From Candidatus Babeliales bacterium (GTDB taxonomy: Bacteria; Babelota; Babeliae; Babelales; RVW-14): 64,000 bases of DNA. The stretch covers positions 2,870 through 66,869 of the forward strand of contig JBAZHB010000001.1 in assembly GCA_041652535.1 (NCBI GenBank). The letters run 5' to 3'. The translations under genes and the position numbers were made by a program. Under the pieces are notes generated by a model. The model saw only the letters and a program-made list of their open reading frames with translations. It had not been told where the DNA came from and ran no database searches. Shown here piece by piece: positions 42,927 to 51,205 of the stretch (the first letter of the stretch is position 1; the number at the start of each line of letters is the position of its first letter).

Positions 42927-45601
42927 GCAGGCGCCTTCGTTGTTTCAGTTTTGCCCGATAAAAATTCTTTCAACACGTTGCGCTTTTCTGTTGTTATCTG
43001 TTCAGCTGTTGGTGATGTTGACGGTTTTGCATCTGGCGATGGTCTTGGTGTTGGTTGTGGTTGGTTTTTTTGAGGTGCAATTGATAAAGGATTGGTTGAA
43101 AGAAGATCTTTAAGCTTTTGACGTCGTTCTGAAAGGTCTTGTTCATTTACCGTAACAGCAGGTTGCAAAGGTACAGAAACTTCATTTTTTGTTATGGCCA
43201 AAGTTTGCGGTTGTTCTGGTTGTGGCGTTGCAGGAAGCGCAGCTTGTTGAAATTGTTCTACCGAAAGTGTAGGTGATTTTTGTATGTCTGCTACGTTTTC
43301 TTCTTCCTTGGTTGAAAGCGCTCGATAATAAGGATCATTCCTAAGATCAACCGTAGTTGGTTGATAGCGTGCATTTGCAAAGTCGATAACCTTATGTGAA
43401 TAATTTTCTGGTCGGTTATCTGGTGGAAGTTTAGGGTTAAAGAACCAGTTATGCATTGGATCAAGCGTGTGTTTAGTTTCTACAGCTTGTTCGATATCTT
43501 CAGTGGCCTGATGTAATTTCATCTTAGTATAAAGCTGCATACCTGGAGTTTGGCGAGGTTTGATGATAGTAGGTGACATGAAAACGAAAATATATTGTTT
43601 TGTGGTTCGGCGTTGTTGACGCTTAAAGAACCATCCAAGAACCGGAATGTCGCCAAGTATTGGAGTTTTTGCTTTAAATTCATCAACACGCGTTTGTACA
43701 AAGCCGCCAAGAACTAAAACTTGTCCATCTGCCACGCTGACATTGGTTTTTACCTTTCGCTCATTTCTGGCGTTATTGGCAGAAGATGGATCAAATTCAT
43801 TTATATCAACGGTAACATCAAGTCGAACAATACCATCGAGGTTAATCTGTGGAACCAGTGAAATATTGGTAATTGCGCCCAAAGAGGTAAAACCCTGAAT
43901 GGTGCCCGAGTTGGCAGAATCTTGTACAACTTGGCGCGTTTCACCTAATGCCAATGTGGCGGTTGTTTTATTGGCAGCGATAATAAAAGGTTGCGATAAA
44001 ATTGAAGTATTTGCTTCTTGGTTAATAGATTCAAGAAAAGCCCAGACGTTTTTTTGTGGGCCAAAGGTTAACACCGTTTGTCCAACTTGATTGGTAATTT
44101 GGTCAAGCATGTTACCAAGAATACTGATAGGGGTTCCGCCTGTATCGAATGCTGGTTGATATTCAAGGAAAGGTGTTGTGGTTGGCAACGAGCCATGTGC
44201 ATCAATGTTCTTGCCAAGGACTCCATGATGCTTGTTGCGTATCATGCCGCCAAGTTCTTTGAGATGATCGGCACCAATGCTAACAATGAAAATTTCAAGC
44301 GCTACTTGCGGCTGTGGTTTATCAAGATCATCAAGTGTCTTTTTTAATAATTTCCAATCCTGTTTATCAACACAGGAAATAAGTAATCGATTGCCATCGG
44401 TATCAACTTGAAACGTCATATTTCTAAAATATTTTACGCCACCGCGAATAGAACCATATTTGCCTGCTGCTTGCCCTGATGTGCTATCGGGAGTTTTGGT
44501 GACTTCAGTAAGAATTTCGGCAGCTTGTTTAGCGTCAATATGTTGAAGCTCATATACGTGAAGAGGCGATGCTGCTGATTCAAGGTCGGTATCGATGTGT
44601 TTAGTCATGAAATCGATGATCTTTTCGATCGATTTATTATTGCCCATAAGAATCAGCGAATTGGTTCTTTCTTCGGCAATGACTTTGGTTGTTGAAGAAA
44701 AATATTTTTTACCGCCTTCTGCTGCTTTACCAAGTAGTCGTGCCAATGGGTTGTTGTCAGTTGAGTCTTTGATTAAAGAATCAAGAAGCGTTTTTGCATC
44801 AGTTGCGTTGACGCGTTTAAGACGGAGAACGGTGACCGTTTCAGGTAAGCCCATTTGATCAAGCTCGGTCAAAAGTTTTGCTGCAGCTTTAATGTTGTAT
44901 GATTTGTCGGCCAGGATGAAAGCATTCATATCAGCTTGATCGTGAATGGCACTTTGAGCACTGAGCATGCTTTCAACAATTGGTCGTACTGAAGTTACTT
45001 GGATATTGGTTAAAAACATTACATAGCGGATGGTTTCATCGCTATCCGGTAGCTGTGAATAAGGGGTATTAATGAAGGCAGGTAACGGCTGATTGAGTTT
45101 TTTATCTTTAGGAAGGATGACATGGATGTCGCCCTTCTGGACGATTGCAAAGCCGGCCATATCAAGAACCGTTTGCGAAATATTCCATGCACCATCTACA
45201 GAAAGTGGTTCGCGAATAGTAAGTGAGATTTTTGAGCCTTCTATACTCTTATCGGGAATGATATTGATTTTTTTAAGTTCAGCGAGCCAATTAGCAAAAC
45301 TTAAAAGATCTCCATTTTCAAAATTCAAATAAATGTCTTTTTTCTCTGTGCTGTTATCAGTTTTCTCGGTTGTTGGTTGTCCTGGCACCATTGGTGCTGG
45401 AAGTTGAGGCGCAATACTGGTTGTTTGAAGAATTTGATCAATAGGTTGTTGAGCAGTTGCTATAGGTGCGACTACTGCTGCAGGTAGTGGCACTGCCATG
45501 ATGGGAGTTTGTTCTTCTGTTGAAAACCCTATCGTAGGAGTGCACATGCATAATACGAAAGGAAGCGCGATAATGTAACGTAAGTTGAAAAACTTTCTCA
45601 T
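42923..45601 (-). CDS. gspD: Secretin (GspD family), copy 1
   Basis: 892 aa. Signal peptide. N0 domain DIYLNFENGDLLSFANWLAELKKINIIPDKSIEGSKISL. Core PQVALEIFIVSIGAD and TPILGDIPVLGWFFKRQQRR...IFVFMSPTIIKP, followed by a roughly 220-aa P/Q-rich C-terminal extension. Confidence 0.92.
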   Translation of the reverse strand: MRKFFNLRYIIALPFVLCMCTPTIGFSTEEQTPIMAVPLPAAVVAPIATAQQPIDQILQTTSIAPQLPAPMVPGQPTTEKTDNSTEKKDIYLNFENGDLLSFANWLAELKKINIIPDKSIEGSKISLTIREPLSVDGAWNISQTVLDMAGFAIVQKGDIHVILPKDKKLNQPLPAFINTPYSQLPDSDETIRYVMFLTNIQVTSVRPIVESMLSAQSAIHDQADMNAFILADKSYNIKAAAKLLTELDQMGLPETVTVLRLKRVNATDAKTLLDSLIKDSTDNNPLARLLGKAAEGGKKYFSSTTKVIAEERTNSLILMGNNKSIEKIIDFMTKHIDTDLESAASPLHVYELQHIDAKQAAEILTEVTKTPDSTSGQAAGKYGSIRGGVKYFRNMTFQVDTDGNRLLISCVDKQDWKLLKKTLDDLDKPQPQVALEIFIVSIGADHLKELGGMIRNKHHGVLGKNIDAHGSLPTTTPFLEYQPAFDTGGTPISILGNMLDQITNQVGQTVLTFGPQKNVWAFLESINQEANTSILSQPFIIAANKTTATLALGETRQVVQDSANSGTIQGFTSLGAITNISLVPQINLDGIVRLDVTVDINEFDPSSANNARNERKVKTNVSVADGQVLVLGGFVQTRVDEFKAKTPILGDIPVLGWFFKRQQRRTTKQYIFVFMSPTIIKPRQTPGMQLYTKMKLHQATEDIEQAVETKHTLDPMHNWFFNPKLPPDNRPENYSHKVIDFANARYQPTTVDLRNDPYYRALSTKEEENVADIQKSPTLSVEQFQQAALPATPQPEQPQTLAITKNEVSVPLQPAVTVNEQDLSERRQKLKDLLSTNPLSIAPQKNQPQPTPRPSPDAKPSTSPTAEQITTEKRNVLKEFLSGKTETTKAPA

Positions 45602-45625
45602 AGCCTTTCTTCCCTGGTCAACCCT

Positions 45626-46753
45626 TTATTGGCGATTTTGGAAGCGTCGTTGTAAATTTTCAAGTATTCGTTGTCGTATAGCCATCATCGATTGTTGATG
45701 CTTTTCGTTGTCGGGATGGAGCCGATTAAAATCTCGTAACGTCTGTTCACGTTGTTGCACACGATTCATTGGCAACTGTTCTGTGGGCTTTGCAGGCGCT
45801 GCAAGCCCTGGAAATACGGTACGTCGAGGGGGCTCAAGTTTAGCAAGTCTGTACGATAAAGAAATATCTTTATCAGCACGTTTAAGATCAAGCTTTATGG
45901 AGCTGCCAAGAGGAAGCTGTGTTATATCTTCATAAATTTTTAATCTATTTTCTTGTTCGACGGTGGATATTCCATTAATTGCAGTAATGATATCATTTTC
46001 AGCCAAGCCGAGCGATGTTGCGATGAGTTCTTTTTCAGGTTTCCCTAAGCGTAGACCAATTGGTTTGCCTTCGCGATAGGTAGCGCCTATTAAACTAATT
46101 TCTTCAATCAGGTGGCCGAGCGTTTGAATTTCTTTTGCAAATCGGTGTGGATCAATTTCAAATGTTTGGTCGTCGATTTTTTTGACCGTGTATTTCCAGC
46201 GATCGGCAAAATGTTGTTCGTCGGGTACATCGTCTTTGCGTAAATAAAATGTTTCTTGTTGCCCGTTGGAACGTAGGAGGATCACACGGTTATTGGCGAT
46301 CTTAATAATCTGAGCGTCTTTAATTTTTTCACCGACGCGATAAATGCTTTCTGCATTGGTTTCATCTGCGATCATGGCAACATTTTTTGATTCATCACCA
46401 CCAGCAATAATGCCATGTATGGTAATGGAGAGTGGTGCTATAAATTCGACTTTTGGACTTTCAGGAATTGGTGGTGTTAATGGTATTGGGGGTTCAGGGA
46501 TTGGAGAAATAAGACTTTGCTTTGATGGCTTTGATTCATCTTGGAAAAAGGTGCCAAAAATATCGTCTTGATAGATTTCATTCCACAGGGCTTGTGCCTC
46601 AGCGGTCTCTTTTTTTTTTTCGGGTTCGGTTGGTTGAGGGATTTGATGTGTAGATAATAATGGAGCATCTTGGCGTACAAGTTGATAACCAAGTAACGAG
46701 GCTATAAAAATTGCCAGGAGTGCGCTGTTGGCTAACCACAGGTCCTGTTTCAT
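45626..46753 (-). CDS. gspC: Type II secretion system protein C-like (TM + HR/PilP-like domain + PDZ)
   Basis: 375 aa. N-terminal TM LANSALLAIFIASLLGY and a Pro-rich linker. HR-like LSITIHGIIAGGDESKNVAMIADETNAESIYRVGEKIKDAQIIKIANNRVILL. PDZ-like GLRLGKPEKELIATSLGLAENDIITAINGIS...GSSIKLDLKR. Confidence 0.75.
   Translation of the reverse strand: MKQDLWLANSALLAIFIASLLGYQLVRQDAPLLSTHQIPQPTEPEKKKETAEAQALWNEIYQDDIFGTFFQDESKPSKQSLISPIPEPPIPLTPPIPESPKVEFIAPLSITIHGIIAGGDESKNVAMIADETNAESIYRVGEKIKDAQIIKIANNRVILLRSNGQQETFYLRKDDVPDEQHFADRWKYTVKKIDDQTFEIDPHRFAKEIQTLGHLIEEISLIGATYREGKPIGLRLGKPEKELIATSLGLAENDIITAINGISTVEQENRLKIYEDITQLPLGSSIKLDLKRADKDISLSYRLAKLEPPRRTVFPGLAAPAKPTEQLPMNRVQQREQTLRDFNRLHPDNEKHQQSMMAIRQRILENLQRRFQNRQ
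46610..46620 (-). repeat. A11 homopolymer (T11 on the + strand) inside the gspC-like CDS
   Basis: Read directly. It encodes E-K-K-K-E (GAA AAA AAA AAA GAG) near codon 45. Confidence 0.95.
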
Positions 46754-46779
46754 GGCTTAAAATCCCTTCATAGACTACG

Positions 46780-46809
46780 AAGATACTTTCTCCGTAGCCG
46801 AACTGTCAA
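46780..46809 (-). promoter_or_regulatory. Candidate sigma70-type promoter upstream of gspC-like
   Basis: On the minus strand there is a perfect TTGACA (46809-46804), an 18-nt spacer and TATCTT (46785-46780). A GAAGGGA RBS precedes the ATG at 46753. No TGGCAC-N5-TTGC element was seen. Confidence 0.35.
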
Positions 46810-46841
46810 GACAGGAGATTATAAAACTTAAAAAGATTCTA

Positions 46842-47834
46842 TTATGGCGCTGGGATTGTGTGTAAAATTTTTTGAATAATAAGATCCGTTGAAACATTTT
46901 CAGCCTCCGCTTCATAGGTAAGAAGAATACGGTGACGAAGAATGTCATATGCAACAGCTTTAACATCATCCGGCATAACAAAATGTCGCTTTCTTAAAAA
47001 TGCGTGAGCTTTGGATGCTGCAGTAAGTGCAAGCGTTGCTCGCGGAGATGCTCCATATTCGATGAAAGGAGCAATATCACCCAGCTTATAATCTTTAGGG
47101 TTACGTGTAGCAAAAACAATATGCAAAATATAATCAGTGACTTTATTATCAATATAAACTTCTGACACAAGTTTTTGACTTGTTGTTATTACTTCTTTAT
47201 CAAGCACCGTATAAACATCTTTAGGTGAAAAAACTTTAGAAATGATCTCAAGTTCTTCTTGCATCTTGGGGTAGGTGACGATGAGCTTGAACATAAATCG
47301 GTCAACTTGTGCTTCGGGAAGGCGATAAGTTCCCTCTTGATCAATGGGGTTTTGGGTTGCGAGTACAAAAAATGGTTCATCAAGCTTATAGGTTGTATCG
47401 CCGATGGTAACCTGGTGCTCCTGCATTGCCTCAAGAAGTGCCGATTGTACTTTTGCCGGTGCTCGGTTGATTTCGTCTGCAAGAATCATATTGGCAAAAA
47501 TTGGCCCTTTTTTTACTTGAAAATCTTGATTCTTTGGATTGTATACCAATGTTCCAACCAAATCTGCAGGAAGAAGGTCGGGGGTGAATTGGATACGTTG
47601 AAAAGAAAGTCCAATTGCTTTGGCAATTGTTTTTACTAATGTAGTTTTTGCAAGGCCAGGAACCCCTTCAAGTAAAATGTGACCATTGCAAAGCAATCCA
47701 ATAAGAACCCGTTCAACCGCGTAATCTTGGCCAACAATGGCTTTTTTTATTTCATCTTTGAGCGCAAACCATTTAAGACTTTTATCTTTGATGTGTTCAT
47801 TAAGATAAGAGGATGTTGGAGTTTCCATTTCCAT
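46842..47834 (-). CDS. MoxR-family AAA+ ATPase
   Basis: 330 aa. Walker A LLEGVPGLAKTTLVK. Walker B/sensor region ILADEINRAPAKVQSALLEAMQEHQVTI. The typical MoxR C-terminus is present. Confidence 0.9.
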   Translation of the reverse strand: MEMETPTSSYLNEHIKDKSLKWFALKDEIKKAIVGQDYAVERVLIGLLCNGHILLEGVPGLAKTTLVKTIAKAIGLSFQRIQFTPDLLPADLVGTLVYNPKNQDFQVKKGPIFANMILADEINRAPAKVQSALLEAMQEHQVTIGDTTYKLDEPFFVLATQNPIDQEGTYRLPEAQVDRFMFKLIVTYPKMQEELEIISKVFSPKDVYTVLDKEVITTSQKLVSEVYIDNKVTDYILHIVFATRNPKDYKLGDIAPFIEYGASPRATLALTAASKAHAFLRKRHFVMPDDVKAVAYDILRHRILLTYEAEAENVSTDLIIQKILHTIPAP

Positions 47835-47863
47835 GGGGGAAGCCCTCTTTATTAAAATTATTT

Positions 47864-49135
47864 TTAATGGCTGATATTGAGTTCTGCCATTTTAGCATGA
47901 AGTGTTGCTAATGGCATCTGGAGAAAATCAGCAAGTTGTGCGGTATCGTAACGATGCAATTTAAGCATGTGATGCAAGTATCGTTGTTGAAAAGAATGCG
48001 TTGCATCATCAAGAGAACTAAACCGTGTATATGCCTGTTGTTCTAATTGATCGGTTGGTTGTGATGGCATAAGTGTACAGAAATCTGAAGCTTGAATAGT
48101 TTTATGTGTTGTTCCCAATGCTCCTACGACAACATCAATACATGTTTGTAGTTGGGCAACATCGCCTTTCCATTCGAAGTTGCGTAAGAATCGTAGCGCG
48201 CAGGAGGTGAGTGTTACGGATGTTCCATATTTTTGATTGGCTCTGCTCAAAAAATGTTCGACAAGAAGCGGAATATCATAGCGACGCTTGATGAGAGGGG
48301 GAATTTCTAATGAGGATGCATGGAGTAAGCAAAAGAGAGAGCGATTGAAGGTTCCATTTTTGACGCGTGCAAAAAGATTGAGCGAGCTTGAGGCTATAAA
48401 CTTTTGATAAGGTCGTTCCGTTGCAAGATATTCAACAACATCGTTTTGAAGTTTGCTATCAAGTTCATGAATATTTTTAAAAAAGATCGATCCATGATGA
48501 TCAGCAAGATGCGGTGGTAATTGGCGGAGTGTTGCGCATGAAAGTGTCATAAATGAACGAGCATCAAAATCGTTTTTATGATGAATGTAGCGTGCAAACA
48601 AAGTTTTACCGGATCCTGGATTGCCATAAATAAGCAAGGGAACTTTAAGTTGTGCAACAAGATTGGCATGATGCATAAGTTCGCAAAAAAGAGCGCTGGC
48701 GCCAATTATGTTGCTGGAAAATGAGGATTGATTTTGTTGTTGCTGAATTAGAGGGCGAGATTGAGCTTTTTTAAGAAAAGAAATTTTGTTTAAAATCTCA
48801 TCAAGGTTAAGTGGCTTTTCGATAAAATCAAAAGCGCCCTTCTGAATTGCTTCAATGGCAATTGGTATAGTTCCATAGCCTGAAATCATAATTACTTTTT
48901 GTGCTGGGTATTCACGTTTAATGCGTTCAAGAATGGCAATGCCATTATGAGGTGGCATAAAGATATCAATAAGGACAATGTCGGGAAGTAGTTCACCGAT
49001 TTTATCAAGCGCCTTACTGGCGTCTGCTAACGTTTCAACTCTATACGCTTCGTCTTCAAGTGCTTCTTTGAGCGTTTCAAGAATGGCAACTTCATCGTCA
49101 ATAATAAGAAGAAGCGGTTGTTCAGTTGTATTCAT
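47864..49135 (-). CDS. NtrC-family response regulator (REC + degenerate AAA+ + Fis-type HTH)
   Basis: Start at ATG 49135 (MNTTEQPLLLIIDDEV). REC domain with IVLIDIFMP. Walker A is GNPGSGKT, but there is no GAFTGA loop and Walker B reads GSIFFKNIHEL. C-terminal HTH YDTAQLADFLQMPLATLHAKMAELNI. Confidence 0.8.
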   Translation of the reverse strand: MNTTEQPLLLIIDDEVAILETLKEALEDEAYRVETLADASKALDKIGELLPDIVLIDIFMPPHNGIAILERIKREYPAQKVIMISGYGTIPIAIEAIQKGAFDFIEKPLNLDEILNKISFLKKAQSRPLIQQQQNQSSFSSNIIGASALFCELMHHANLVAQLKVPLLIYGNPGSGKTLFARYIHHKNDFDARSFMTLSCATLRQLPPHLADHHGSIFFKNIHELDSKLQNDVVEYLATERPYQKFIASSSLNLFARVKNGTFNRSLFCLLHASSLEIPPLIKRRYDIPLLVEHFLSRANQKYGTSVTLTSCALRFLRNFEWKGDVAQLQTCIDVVVGALGTTHKTIQASDFCTLMPSQPTDQLEQQAYTRFSSLDDATHSFQQRYLHHMLKLHRYDTAQLADFLQMPLATLHAKMAELNISH

Positions 49136-49157
49136 GGCACTCGCAATATATAAAATT

Positions 49158-49910
49158 TTAGACAAAACCGATTTGTTTGATTGGGCCTTCAGGAAGCCCT
49201 CTGATGAATTGGCGAATATAAGGGTTGTCGCAATCCCATATTGTGTTTGCCGGTCCCTTGTAAACAATTTTACCTTCATGCAACATGGCAACATGACTTG
49301 CGTATTTAAAAATTTCTACATCATGCGAAATAACGATAGAGGTAAGTTTTTGTTCGTCGTGAGTTTTTTTGATGAGTTCATGAATAAGGCGTACCGTGAT
49401 GGGGTCAAGACCTGTTGTTGGCTCATCGTAAATAAGAATCTTGGGACTGAGCATCAAAGTTCTTGCCAATCCAACCCTCTTTTTCATACCGCCTGAAAGT
49501 TCATCAGGAAATTTATCAAGAACATCTTCAGCCAGTCCAACGCTTTTAAGCTTTTCGATGACGAGCGGTCTTACTGTTGCAATTTCTGCGCTGTCCTCAA
49601 GGAGTGTAATACCAACGTTTTCAAGTACATTGAGCGAATCGAGCAATGCGGCAAATTGAAAAACGTAGCCACATTTGTGAAATATGGTTTGACGTTCTTT
49701 GCCTTTAAGTTGAGTAACGTCCTGATCATCGATAATTACTGAGCCCGAATCAGGTTGAATGAGCCCAATCATCTGCTTGAGGAGTACTGACTTGCCTTCG
49801 CCGGATCGTCCGATGATTGCCAAAAACTCACCATCCTCAACAGTCAGGTCGAGGCCCTTGGTAATTGCTTTGTCGCCAAACGACTTGTGAAGATCTATTA
49901 ATTTAATCAT
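49158..49910 (-). CDS. mlaF: ABC transporter ATP-binding protein, MlaF-like
   Basis: Walker A GRSGEGKSVLLK, signature LSGGMKKRVGLAR and Walker B LIYDEPTTGLDP. It overlaps the mlaE-like permease gene by 4 nt. Confidence 0.85.
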   Translation of the reverse strand: MIKLIDLHKSFGDKAITKGLDLTVEDGEFLAIIGRSGEGKSVLLKQMIGLIQPDSGSVIIDDQDVTQLKGKERQTIFHKCGYVFQFAALLDSLNVLENVGITLLEDSAEIATVRPLVIEKLKSVGLAEDVLDKFPDELSGGMKKRVGLARTLMLSPKILIYDEPTTGLDPITVRLIHELIKKTHDEQKLTSIVISHDVEIFKYASHVAMLHEGKIVYKGPANTIWDCDNPYIRQFIRGLPEGPIKQIGFV

Positions 49911-50686
49911 TTGGTAAACATTAATGAGGTTAAAATGTAGTCAGTAATAATAACCGTAACGTTTGCGTATACGACACTTTGCGTTGTTGAAAGGCCCAAG
50001 CCTTTTGCTCCGCCCCTGGTGACATAACCTTTGTATGTTGCAATGACTGAAAGTATAAAACCAAAAATAATTGCTTTATACAATCCATTAATAATATCCG
50101 ACATTTCAACGTAGGATCGAAGCGATTGCATGTACGTTTCAGCATTGATGTCGAGCAAATAAACGGAGGTAAAGTAGCCTGCCATAATGCCAAAATATGA
50201 ACAAAAAATTGATAAGAAAGGAAGAATAAGTGTGCTTGCAATAATGCGTGGTACTACTAGGTACTGCATTGGATCAATGCAGAGTGTCTCTAGTGCATCA
50301 ATTTGTTCGCTAATGCGCATACTGCCAAGTTCAGCAGTCATTGCCGATCCTGCTCGGCCGATAACCATAATTGCAGCGAATATGGGGCCAAATTCACGCG
50401 TCATAGCCAAAAAAACAATGGGGCCAATAAAGTCGCTTGCCCCAAAACGATGCAAACCTGTGTAGCTATGAACGGCAAGAACAGCGCCAACGGCGGTGCC
50501 AACCAAAAAAATGATAAGAAGTGAGCTAACACCGATGTATTGCATTTGATAAAAGACTTTTTTGACCTTGAGCTTAGTGGTAAAGAACGTAACTATTGCT
50601 TCATAAGTAAAAAGTCCAATGCGTCCAAGATAGAGACAGTTTTCAAGAACGATAGAGCCGATTGAATCCAGAAAATTTACAAACAC
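49907..50686 (-). CDS. mlaE: ABC transporter permease, MlaE-like
   Basis: 259 aa, MlaE/YrbE-type polytopic permease (…REFGPIFAAIMVIGRAGSAMTAELGSMRISEQIDALE…). Confidence 0.85.
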   Translation of the reverse strand: MFVNFLDSIGSIVLENCLYLGRIGLFTYEAIVTFFTTKLKVKKVFYQMQYIGVSSLLIIFLVGTAVGAVLAVHSYTGLHRFGASDFIGPIVFLAMTREFGPIFAAIMVIGRAGSAMTAELGSMRISEQIDALETLCIDPMQYLVVPRIIASTLILPFLSIFCSYFGIMAGYFTSVYLLDINAETYMQSLRSYVEMSDIINGLYKAIIFGFILSVIATYKGYVTRGGAKGLGLSTTQSVVYANVTVIITDYILTSLMFTK

Positions 50687-50704
50687 GGTTCTCCTTATAT
50701 GGGA

Positions 50705-51121
50705 TTAACGTGCGACCTCTTTTTTGTTTATAGGATTCTCAGGTGTAGCTTCTTGTGGAGTTGCAGACATAGGAGTTGAGTCTTCATCTTGTCCTGGTAT
50801 AGCTGTTTCGAGTGGCTGTATAGGTGCTTGTTTTACTGGTGCCTGTGCGGGAGCGCTGATTGGTGCTTTGGATCCATCAAGAATTGAGCTGTGTACTTCT
50901 TTTGACTTTAATATTGCAAGTCCAAGCGCACCGAGCATAAAAATTACGCCCATAATCCACGTTGCTTTTTCAAAGAAGTCTTGGCCTCCAGAACCGCCAA
51001 AAAGCATTTGGCTTCCGCTCATACTTCCAAGCCCAAGGTCTCCCTTGCCCTGTTGGATAAGAATGAAAAGTGACAAAAAGAAACATAAAATAATAAACAG
51101 TGTCATTAAAAAAGCGTACAT
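50705..51121 (-). CDS. secG: Preprotein translocase subunit SecG
   Basis: Two-TM SecG core MYAFLMTLFIILCFFLSLFILIQQGKG...GGSGGQDFFEKATWIMGVIFML, plus an A/P/Q-rich tail. Conserved tpiA-secG linkage. Confidence 0.85.
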   Translation of the reverse strand: MYAFLMTLFIILCFFLSLFILIQQGKGDLGLGSMSGSQMLFGGSGGQDFFEKATWIMGVIFMLGALGLAILKSKEVHSSILDGSKAPISAPAQAPVKQAPIQPLETAIPGQDEDSTPMSATPQEATPENPINKKEVAR

Positions 51122-51205
51122 GATGCCTCACGTAAATTTTGAATGGTTTCTTGAGCTCTTGCTTGTCATGATAGCCTTAAACGGTAGCCGCGACAATCAT
51201 GCTCA

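Noticed and set aside
46754-46841. Search for a sigma54 (-24 TGGCAC / -12 TTGC) promoter upstream of the gspC-like gene, prompted by the NtrC-like regulator
   Set aside because: No such element is visible. A sigma70-like TTGACA-18-TATCTT is present instead, consistent with the regulator lacking GAFTGA.
48978-49496. 172-aa plus-strand ORF spanning the regulator/mlaF junction
   Set aside because: It is antisense to two well-supported genes, with a Ser-rich low-complexity translation.
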